64,000 nt of DNA, taken from Tubiluchus corallicola (taxonomy: Eukaryota > Animalia > Priapulida). The translations under genes were made by a program, and so were the position numbers. The first letter of the stretch is position 1, and each line of letters starts with the position of its first letter. Location of the stretch: positions 124,001-188,000 of the forward strand of contig JAQGDQ010000221.1 of NCBI GenBank assembly GCA_030141605.1, written 5' to 3'. Positions 13,601 to 24,600 of the stretch are shown here, in pieces. The notes below the pieces were generated by a model. That model was not told the origin of the DNA. It saw nothing but the letters and a program-made list of their open reading frames with translations, and did no database searches.

Positions 13601-16600
13601 CAGAGTAACTGTAGAGGCTTAGTAGAGGTTCTATAGAGTGTAACATAACGGTTTTTAAAGTTTTAAATAATAATTTTTTAATATTTTAATCACTTTCAGT
13701 TTTCTTAGATAATAGTTTTCTTGGAGTTTTCTTCAGTTTTCTTAGAAGGCATCTTTGACTGTTAAAATTGGAATAGGCTGTCCGTTCGTCATCAGGAGCA
13801 AGAACGGACGACAACTTCCTTGGTTTCTGAAATCTGTAGTTTTAGGTTCGAATGGAATTTGAACTTAAAAAAGCTCATTCAACTCTAATTCAGTGCTCAT
13901 CAATGCTGATTGATATGTCCGTTGTTAGGCATAAGTTTATAACTCACGAATTCATTTTTTGTGACTATAAATCAGTCCCGGTACTCAGCTACCAGTTTCG
14001 CATCAATTGCAATTTTTACATTTGTGTTATTGTGATTTTTATTGATCAAGACAAGTTAAGTGAAATCTGGCATAATGGTTTTACAAATTTATTTTTCTCA
14101 AATTGTGTAAATGATAGTGGTTTTTTGGGATACGTGAAGTTCAAATCAGTTTTAAAGATCATGTACGCTTTGTAACCTTCGGTCAGAAATGTCAAGATCA
14201 TTCACACTTTGTAACTTGGGTTAGAAATGTCAAGGTCATTTACACTTTGTAACCTTGGATCAGAAATGTCAAGGTCATTCACACTTTGTAACCTTGGGTC
14301 AGAAATGTCAAGATCATTCACACTTTGTAACCTTGTAACAGAAATGTCAAGATCATTCACACTTTGTAACCTTGTAACAGAAATGTCAAGATCATTTACA
14401 CTTTGTAACCTTGTAACCTTGGTTCAGAAATGTCAAGATCATTCACATTTGTAACCTTGTAACCTTGGGTTAGAAATGTCAAGATCATTCACACTTTGTA
14501 ACCTTGGGTAAGAAATGTCAAGATCATTTACACTTTGTAACCTTGGCTCAGAAATGTCAAGGTCATTCACACTTTGTAACCTTGGGTCAGAAATGTCAAG
14601 ATCATTCACACTTTGTAACCTTGTAACAGAAATGTCAAGATCATTCACACTTTGTAACCTTGTAACAGAAATGTCAAGATCATTCACACTTTGTAACCTT
14701 GTGTTAGAAATGTCAAGATAATTTACACTTTGTAACCTTGTAACCGTGGTTCAGAAATGTCAAGATCATTCACACTTTGTAACCTTGTAACCTTGGGTCA
14801 GAAATGTCAAGATCATTCACACTTTGTAACCTTGGGTCAGAAATGTCAAGATCATTCACACTTTGTAACCTTGGCTCAGAAATGTCAAGATCATTCACAC
14901 TTTGTAACCTTGGGTCAGAAATGTCAAGATCATTCAGATTTTGTAACCTTGTAACCTTGGGTTAGAAATGTCAAGATCATTCACACTTTGAAACCTTGTA
15001 ACTTTGGGTCAGAAATGTCAAGATCATTCCCATTTTGTAACTTTGGGTCAAAAAGGTCAAGGCTATTCACACGATATAAGAATGATTTTGTGTCATAGTA
15101 AAATGCACATGTTTGTACATGTCATTTTTCCAGGAAAACCAGGAAAGCCTCCTCAATGCAATGCATGGGTAGGGCAGTGTGGACTTTACCTGTTCGTGAT
15201 GATTGTTGAAAAAATCCTAGTTACCCTTTTTATACAGTTCAAGTTTTGGAAAACGGTATGTCTCCTTTATCGTTGCCCTTGTAGCATTGTTGTCTATCAT
15301 TGTGATTAAAGTCAGAGAAAAAAATTATGAAATCTGCTTTGCAGTAACAAATAAAGAATCTGAAAGGCGGACAGTCTGTAAGGATCATTAATATCTAGAT
15401 TTTTACAGATTTTTTTATAGTGTTTGGCAGGTGATGATTTCTGGTAGTGCCGTCATAACTGCGATTTTGCAATCGTGAACGGCATATTTAAAATAGAATT
15501 TTCAAGCAACTAATGAATCTGTGTGAGAGGTTGGGTTTTCTGTACTGTTTTTTTCAGTTTTTTAAATTATTAAAACCTATAATTTCATGGTTGCAATCAA
15601 TCTTCACTCATTTGTGTGTTCTGACATACAAAATTTCGGATTTCCAGTTTTTACTTGTTACCTACAGTTTCTTTGCATTAAATCTTTCTTTGTTTTCTCG
15701 TCACATTTAAAACTTCCTAAAACTAGACAGAGATCTGTGTGTTGAATTTCATTTTTAGGATGACTGAGTTTATATGAACATTTATTTACTGTAAACGATT
15801 TAAATACATATTTTTTTATTTCTTTTTTTCTTTATTAGGAAAAATTATTTGGTTTAAACATAATTTTTTGAAGATGTAGCACGTGGTTAGATTTGAAACA
15901 GACAGTTTTACGACTGATATATGTTCTCCCCTAGTTGGAGTGAATAAGAGTAACAAAGTTAATACTATTTAAAACGCTTAGTGTTTGAAATAAAAAAACT
16001 GCACTAAAACAAAAATTTGAGTGTTGACACAATGATCTAGGGCTTGGTTCCCGTGCAGGAACAAACGTACAAGTTCATTTGCTGCAAGACTGTAAACATT
16101 GATGTTAAAAGCTGACAAAAGAGTGCAGAGATTTGTAAATAAATCGTGTCTGGTCTGGTGGTAAAGAGGGCAGCTAATTAAGTAATGACCGACTGTTTCA
16201 TAAGTGGAACCACGTTAACAATTAGGTGATACGAAATGTGATAGGAATTGTTTGCTTTTGGTGTATTGGTCTAATATGGTTTGTGAATCAAAAACTAATT
16301 TTGTAACACATTCACTTATGTGTTTTTTTATAACTATTTTTTAAATTTTTTTTTTTGCTAAAGGTACGGAAGTTTATTATGTCACCTATCAAGAATTCTC
16401 AAGTAGAGGTTGTGCTTGTAATGCTCGTTATACCTGTGATCGTAAACGTAAGTAATCATATAGTTGGCTCATCTGTCTAGTAATCGTCAAAGTGGCTAAT
16501 CTGTCTAGTAATCATTAAGCTTGATAATCTGTTTAATAAAAATTAAGCCGGCTAATCTGTCTAGTAATTATTAAGCCGGCTAATCTGTACATTAATTGTT

Positions 16601-17382
16601 AAGCCGGCTAATCTGTACATTAATTGTTAAGCCGGCTAATCTGTCTAATGATCGTAAGCTAACTAATTTGTCTTGTAATTCTTAAGCTGGCTTATCTGTC
16701 TATTAGTTAAATTAACTTAGTTTTGACTAGATGCTAGGATAATTGAGTAACCACAAAGCTGTAGGATAGCTGCTTTGTTCCCAAACTTAAATACGCCTAG
16801 GCCTGGCTTAGTAAGTTGATCGGTGATTGCCACAAAAAAACTGTTTTGGGGCAAATTCATCCAGCCATAATTCTTCGTGGGAGGACGGTATACATTTCAT
16901 TGATAGTGGAAAGACGACATACATTTCATTCATAGTGGGAGGACAGCGTACATTTCATTGATAGTGGCTATGTGGCTATCATGTGTCACCTCTGTAAACT
17001 GAGTTTCTGATCTTAAAGGTCATTCCTGCTATGCACCCATCCATTTACTAACCAGATCCAAGCACTTTTAACTTTTGTGGCTGAGCACACGTTGTGAGCA
17101 TCTTTTGCCTATTCTTTTCAAGTTATTCTTTGTAAATATTTAAGTCAGCACATTAACTAAAAATGCTTGGTTGTCTTACAGTCAATTATGTTTTGGGTTG
17201 TGGACAATTTTCTCATGAGAAAAAGAAAAAAACGACCTAAAGGCGTGAGCATCAACAGCAGCGTAAAATACCGCAGAGCAGCTTCCGGGGAATCCGATTC
17301 TGACCACGATGTCCTCCTCTCTCCCGTAGATGACCACGAAGGCGTCCAACAGCGACATCTACCTACACCAGAAGCTGTATAA
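7693..17382 (+). CDS. STIMATE: Store-operated calcium entry regulator STIMATE (TMEM110); exons 7693-7819, 10148-10196, 11175-11270, 12868-12992, 15134-15255, 16364-16447, 17182-17382 (~267 aa)
   Basis: All introns are GT-AG and the joined frame is continuous (804 nt). Family motifs: [88 protein letters not shown]. Confidence 0.93.
8363..8780. mobile_element. TIR MITE with CAGGGTT(C/T)CCAC ends (inverted copy 46554-46960)
   Basis: CAGGGTTTCCACGG…CTGTGGGAACTCTG; interior GTCAGGGAAA subrepeats shared with 46554-46960; TSD ambiguous. Confidence 0.7.
9351..9978. mobile_element. MITE family B (other copies ~11330-11790, 26979-27625, 34566-34896, 42509-43114)
   Basis: Imperfect TIR TGTGTGCTTGC…CGTCCATAAGTC(A/G)GCA; interior (GAAGAGCCATCTAC, TAGCAACCAACATTT) recurs five times in the window. 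Confidence 0.7.
12385..12830 (-). mobile_element. L2-like LINE 3' end fragment in STIMATE intron 3
   Basis: Minus-strand translation [19 protein letters not shown], then GCGCTATATAAATAAA and a (TTACA)n tail. Confidence 0.6.
14170..15065. repeat. 39-bp minisatellite (~21-22 copies) in STIMATE intron 4
   Basis: Unit CAGAAATGTCAAGATCATTCACACTTTGTAACCTTGGGT, with some 47-bp variants caused by duplication of TTGTAACC. Confidence 0.95.
16465..16705. repeat. ~28-bp degenerate tandem repeat
   Basis: TAAGCCGGCTAATCTGT(CTAG/ACAT)TAATT repeated about 8 times. Confidence 0.8.
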
Positions 17383-19769
17383 TCTATAACTTTACCTAAG
17401 AACTGTATAATCTATCACTTTGCAGAGAACAGTGTGGAATGAGTGAGCTCTCCTTGTGATTAATATGAGATTTATTGCACGTACTGTGCTGCACTATTGT
17501 TTTTGTGTGGCAAACTACGTTTACCTACCTAAAAACTGCTGATTTCTGTGATCCGGTGAAGAAATGCAGACATTGTGTACCCGTTTGGTAGAACATTTTT
17601 GACCGTACTATATATCCGGAATTGGCAAATTCGGAATCTTATTTAACAAGCTCTAGTTCTAGGCATATATCAGTAACATGGAAATACTTGTCGTGGTGAA
17701 AGTACAAGCATATGCCGTGTCTTCTAAAAGTTATGACATCAAATGTTTCATCTTCCCTGCCAAAGTTGAGTTATCCCTGAAATGTTCTAGCATAATCCTA
17801 TCAAATTTTGTTTTAAAATTTGCAGAATAATTTAGAAACGGAATACCTTATTTTGAATTTTAGCAGGTGAACTATTCTGAATGAAAGCTCTTGCGCTTTA
17901 GCGTTATGTGTCATGCTGTGCCACGCTCCCCGATCATAAATTATTACTGTTTATCTAAATGAGTACGTCAACTTAACACAAGTTGCTAAAATTTAACTGT
18001 TCACAAAAGGTTAAAAAAATATCGAAACTAAATGTCGTATTATTCTGTCTTTTACATTTTGAACGCAAGAAAGTGAAAATAATTATCAGTCGTCTTTTGC
18101 ATGAGTTAACACATGTGCAAGACGGTTTTGAAGAAACATTTGATATGATGTACGGAGTAAGACTGAAGTAGGCAAAATGGTTATTAGGGTAATACTATAC
18201 AATAAAATGTACATTGTTTTGAACATATTTTGTGTGAAATTTTTGATTGTGGGATTCTGCTGCTTCTGCCCAAAGGTAGCATTGTAAAAAATATTTTTGT
18301 TGAACGTTTTGTTGTATTTAATGGTCCTAATCTTTTTACACAAAACTTTTTACATTACCGTTCTTTGTCTTGTAATAATTTATCAAGTAACATTTATTAT
18401 TATATTTACTGCAAAATGAAGTTGTGAGTTATTTATTGGAACTGTTGTCCTATACATTCACTGTGTTCCTAAGAACTACTTTTGACATCGACAATTGTAA
18501 ATAGGAATGTTATGCTTTTACTTAGTACTGCCCATGTCATCATTGCGCTTCTCAATTACACACTTTTAGGGAATTGGTTATTTATTATGAAAAGCTTAAT
18601 AAAGTTATTTTAAATAAAGTTCTTTCATTGTTGTTGTTGTTGTTGTAAGAATTATTTTACATACTGACCCGGTTTTACATTGATAGGGGAAGTTGTGGGT
18701 TGTTTTTATAATTATACTTGATTAAAACACAATCAAAAGTCTTGTCTATATTTATAAGGCTCAGTCTTCCAATTTTAATGGCTTTAACACAAATAATGTT
18801 GATGCAGAAGCCACTATAACACAGAGAATAAATATTATTTACAAACTTTTACATTCAAATTTTTGGTGTGTCAGCATGGATGAGTTTACTTTGGAAATTG
18901 GTCTGCATGTTTGACATTAATGGCTGTTTTTTCATCAAATCTTGCTTCTTGAAATTAATACAGTTGCTTGTCGCTGGTACAATGTACATTACATCTTTCA
19001 GTTTTGTTATCTCCTTTTCATTGCCTACTATCCATTTAAAACAAATAAGTATAGCTTTACAAACAGTTTAATAAAAGTGAAACTTGAAAATATTGATTTT
19101 ATGTTGTTGTTAAAATTGTTAGTAAAATCTTTATATCCTTTTGAAATTTCAATAATTTCTGCACACTGATAAATTTCACATCATCTCTTCTGTTTGTCCA
19201 TTCTTGCTGTACAATAATCGTTAATAACAAGTTCTGCGGAAAATAAAGCCAAACAGAAGTTAATTTACGTGCATTCAAAACGAAGATCTCTGTCGCAAAG
19301 TGACGTGGGAAATTTCTATTGGCTCGATTATTGTCATGTCAGCCTCCTAGTTAAGGAGTTTGCAAAAAAGTTATTAATGCGACTGTTAATTCATTATGAT
19401 TTGGTAACTTACTTTTGTGGCAACTTTTTGTATTTTTTATGCTGAAAGTATTTCAGTAGATTTAGCTACAGTGCAGGTACTTGAATGTATATGTACAGTT
19501 ATATTTCGTTTTTAATTACGTCAAACTGTTTACAAATGCACACCGGGAAAATCATAATTGCGAAAATATTTAAGTAAAAACGATCTTAGCTGGTGTTACT
19601 ACTAATTTAATCATTATGACGCACAATATGTTAATGAAAGTCTACATCCAGGTGCCGTACCCGCCTTGTTATACTCTTGCAGTCGTGTAACTGTAACCTT
19701 TCCTCACTTTATCTTACAATGTAGTAGTCATATTTGTTCTTCAAGCCTTCAATCGTCGAGGTTTTGCGA

Positions 19770-21500
19770 TAAGTGCGAAGAAGAAGTCGAGAAGTTAAAG
19801 GAAGGCATGGGAATGCAAAAAATACACAGCTGTTGAATGAAGTACAATTAGGAAATCTGAAAGAGGAAATGAAATGCAAAGAAAGAGAAGTAGAAAATTT
19901 GAAAGACGACTTAGAGAAAATGAGGCAAGAAGTGAATAAGAAAACGGATCAATTGGCTGAGTTTGACTTAAAGAAATATGAAAGTGAAATAAAAAAGTTG
20001 AAAGAAGAAACAGTGCAACTCAGACAACAATTAGAAAAATTAATAAGTGAGGCAGCGGAAAATAGAACTATAGTAAATAGCCTAAACAGGTACATAAGTG
20101 ACCTATAAAAGATAAATGAAGAATTGTTGATGAGCAAAATGGGTATGGGCGGAACAGATGAAGAGGCAAAAGAAAATAATGAATCTAGTAATAAGAAGGA
20201 AGATGATTCCAGAAAAGAAGTACAGAATCAAAGTGAGGAGGCAGAGCCTGATACGCCACTAAGCAAATATTTTGCAAAAAATGTGTGGTGTAAATTTGAA
20301 AATAGATGCAAGTTTAGACACTACAAAACAAAGAAAGGGTGTCAAGAGCTCAGTGAAAGAACACATAGAGCCAAAGAAGAAGTATATGAACAAAAGTTGT
20401 GTTCCTTTTTTGGAAGGAATAAATATTGCAAATTTGAAATTAGTAATTAATACAAAATGTAGTTATGAAACAATGTTGGGAAAACGAACCGGGAAAAATA
20501 AAATGATAATTAATTATATCAATACAATAGGAGGTGAGCTAAAAGTGGGAGATTGCTCAATAGGAGTTAAACTAATGCTATACGAGCTTCCTTCAGTGAG
20601 TACAGTGCTAAATAGTTCTGAAACATGGTCAAATTTGACAACAACTGATTGGGAGAAATTGGAAATGATTCAAGCAAATGCTTTAAAAACCTTATTTAAT
20701 CTTAGTGAATGCCATGCTAGGGATTAGTAACTGAAATAGGCATATGGCCTCTAAAACATAAAGGGAATTATAGGAGATTGATGTTCTATCGGAATTTACT
20801 GATTAGTAAACCGAAGAGATTAGCATCAGAGGTACTTGAAATGCAAATAAACAGTGAACATAAAAGGTCATGGTATAATGAAGTAGTTGAGGCTGCAAAA
20901 AATATACCATAGATGCTAATAAAGAAAGGGTGAAGGTCATGAAACAGTCTGAATGGAAGAAAGAAATAAAGAATAAGATAGAATGTTTTATAAAGAATGA
21001 ATGTGCAGAAAAATGCAGGAGCAGCACTAAATTAAAATTTTTAAGGCACACCGAGTGGAAACGACAAAATTAAATAGACACTTAATAATAGAGACTTAAA
21101 TAAAGAGGTTAAAGATATATTGAAAATAAAACTGAATATGATTAAAGTTAAAAGGAACTGCAAGAATGAGTTTAAGGATCAGTTATTATGCCCAGTGTGT
21201 GGGGAAGATGATGATACTACTGAACATATGCTTAGATGCGACAGTTATGGAGAATGGAATAAAATTTTTAACTCAGATATATTAATGAACAATGAAAAGG
21301 AAGGATTGCTAGAAATTAGAAATCTAGTGAACGAATGCATGGAATACAGGATAAAGACAAATAAAGACATTAAACTTGGAAAAGACAACTAAAAGATCAG
21401 CATTATAGAAGAATAGACTTTGCACCCTATAAAGGTGCCCGCCTCTGATAGGTGGAGAGAATCGAGTATCGCAATCGAGGCTTCTGCTACGAAACTACTG
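19770..21500 (+). mobile_element. Internally deleted, decayed non-LTR retrotransposon (ORF1 with coiled coil and CCCH-like fingers, plus ORF2 C-terminus)
   Basis: Coiled-coil ORF (19773-20108), finger-like WCKFENRCKFRH and CSFFGRNKYCKF, post-RT motif LNSSETWSNLT…LEMIQ, E.G.WP, and C-terminal CPVCGEDDDTTEHMLRC knuckle; interrupted by stops and frameshifts. Confidence 0.75.
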
Positions 21501-21623
21501 CCGGAAGCTATATAATTAGGCTTACAACTATTTTATAAAACTTGTGTAAATATAATTTGTATATAAAAATTTAGTTGTCATTTTACTTGCTTTTAATATA
21601 TTGATTTGCTATTTCTTACAGTC

Positions 21624-24600
21624 ATGAGGATGACAGAATTACTGAGAGACGTGCTGCGTTTATGCACAGTTTATTTACTAATCAGTCTACTAGATGGTGC
21701 CACATCTGATAAGCCTGCTCATAAGCCAAATGCTTGTGAGATTTGTCGTAATTTTGTTGATACATTTAAAAAGGTTTGTCAGCTTGTTTATGTACTGCTA
21801 CTTAAATGTTAGAATCTAAAATATTCTGTGTAAATTTATTTCAAGTATTCACTTTTTTGTCAGTAGATAATGCAGTCTATTTTCTTGTATTTGGCATTAG
21901 CAAATTATTAGTGATGTTGCGAGTGTATATAATTAGTGAGTATATAATTATTACTAGTGATGAAGATAGTATTAGTGACATTTTCACATTGGGAACCATG
22001 AACTAAATTTTGCAATTTAAATTTGAAGTTTCAATGCCCATTTACGTAAGAATCACAATTGTTGTCAGCTTGTCAACTTCTCCCTGAGAGTAAAGTAGCA
22101 CATGTGAACAACTTTGGCAACTTCTCTCGCAACTTGTTGCACAACTTCTCTCTGAAAGCAAAATAGCACGTGTGAGCAGCTTGGGAACTTTTCTCGCAAC
22201 TTGTTGCACAACTTCTTTCTGAGAGTAATGTAGCAGGTGTGAACAGCTTGACAATTTGTCTTGCAATTTATTGCGCAAGTTAACTCTCAGCAACTCTCGC
22301 TCTGTTCGCACATGCGACCCTACTGTTAGAGAGAAGTTGTGCCACGAGTTGTAAGAGATGTCTCTACATCTGAACGTGCCATTAGCGTATGAATTTATGA
22401 TAGTGATTTTATATTCTATTCCACACTGTAAATTTTATACCATAAATATTTTAAATATAACTTAACCTTTTCGCTACATAGTTGCTTATTAACAGGGCCA
22501 CATTGGATTTTGCACATTTGACAATAACTTCTTGTGGTGTGTTACTAAAACAGAATCTTGTAAATAAACAAATAGCCATTTGTTATTAAGCAGTAGTATT
22601 CAATATTTTTTGTTTATACACATGCACACACGTATATGCACTCATGCATGCACGCACGCGCATACCCACACAAATAATCACATACTTATATTTAGAAGCC
22701 AATTTTCACAAAAGTCGTATTACTAATCCATAATACGCAATTATTTTTTAAGAATGCAGAATGATTGACTAAACATACGTTTTGCCATTGACCTACAAGT
22801 GATTTTGTATGGTAAAATATGATATAGTACAGTACTGTGGAATGCAGCTGGCTTCAGATGCTGATCGGCTGGTTAGCGTTATTTGTTGCAAAGCAACCCC
22901 AATCTCACAGGTGTTAAACTTTTCTACAATGTTTTGCAGGACCGTACCAGTGAAACAAACAGACCTGGGTGACTGAGCTTGGGCGGCAGTCTACCACCTT
23001 CCATCTCTTGCATAAAAAACATAGGCGGCAGTGTGCCGCCTTCCGCAGTGAAAGGGTTAAGATTGTTTGCATTTTATTGTAACTACATACGTTTTCAGGG
23101 TGTAGGTGCTACAGCCAGGGCAAACTTTGGCGGAGGTGATGTCGATTGGGAAGAGAAGAAGCTCGGTAGCTATAAGAACAGCGAAACTCGACTGGTGGAG
23201 GTTTTAGAGCACGTCTGTGACGGACTTGATAAGCAGAAAGAATCAGAGGTGAGAAGAAACATAATCAGAGGTTGTTCTGCCATTACTTTACGGTTGTGCA
23301 GATCACATAAAAGAATGCTGTGTAAAGTTCCAGTTCTTATTTAGTTTTTGCACAAGTACGTCCGACACCAAACAAAATCAAAATGAACAACTGGCTTCGA
23401 CTTAATCAAACTCAGTAACCTAACCATTATTTACAAATAAGGTACAGTACACACACACATCAAAAAGTTAAACCCAACTTTCTGTACTTCACAGAATTTT
23501 TAATCTTATTCAAGCAAGTGTTAAAAATATACATTTTCTGCATTCGTCCGACACCATGATATTTTATAAAATTATTTCATAAATTAGGCTAATATAACTT
23601 GATCTTCTAGAGGGGACTGGCTTTTGTATATAAGACCTACAGTTACTTAATAATTATTATATGTAAAAACAGCCAGCAAAGAATCAGCATCTGAAATGTA
23701 CATCCGACACTGTGGAATTGCCCGACTGCTTTTACTTAACTTTGTCACTTTGTGTTCATTTTTCTCTGTACCTTATTGTAGTTATTTTATTTCTTTTTTC
23801 AGATGAATTCTTTGTTTTTCAGTGCATTTTCGTGTCACAATTTCAAACCCACAAAAATGAAAACTTGCCTGGTCAACCAATATTGATGAAAATTTGCTCG
23901 GGTGAACACATTTTTGTAAAGAAAATTTATTAGCTTAGACTGTCAAACCTACACCCATAAACTGATATGGCTACAAGAATCATTAAAAAAAATTTCCAGG
24001 TGCCATACCCCCTCCCACACGTTTGGTCAATTACCGTGTTTGGCTCAATTACCGAAGCCTGGTCCACCAAACAGAATTTTGGCTAGTGCAGGGCCCAGCA
24101 AATGCTGTTAGGTGAAAAAAGGCATTCAGCTTCATCAAAAGTTCGTGAAAGTTAACCGCATGTTTACTTCAATGTGGGCATCATATGTGTGCACACGCAT
24201 GCACGTGCACACACACACGCACACACACATGCAGTGATATAAATGTCTCATTTTTAGTGCCACCATTTTGTGGAACTGCACGAAGAGACGATCGAACATT
24301 GGTGGTTTAAAAGGCAGGACTCTGATCCGGACTTTTTTCAATGGCTGTGTCATGATCATGCTGCAGGTTGGTGTTAATATGTGTCCAGTAAAATAATGAA
24401 ACATGTTGTATGTGATGTGGGGAGATGTACACTTTTTACAGTGTAAGTTTTGAAGACTAGGCAGTTTGTGTAAAAGGAATGCGAGTCTCAGACCTATGAT
24501 AATTATGTTTTTGTTGTATACCTGCAGTCCAACCAAGTTTTTGTGTTTTTTTTTTACTGCTTCTACTAGTAGATCAACACGTATTTATACATTTGTGTGT

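Noticed and set aside
14170-15065. CRISPR-like regular array, and repeat ORFs [10 protein letters not shown]…
   Set aside because: Units are contiguous with no unique spacers, there are no cas genes, and the array is in a eukaryotic intron; the ORFs arise from the 39-bp periodicity.
22042-22385. 89-aa ORF with Cys-rich repeats
   Set aside because: Derived from ~65-bp subrepeats (GCAACTTGTTGCACAACTTCT) of a probable DNA-transposon remnant in a CRELD intron.
24320-24366. Apparent frameshift in CRELD exon 3
   Set aside because: Recounting the T run (six T) gives the intact frame DFFQWLCHDHAA.
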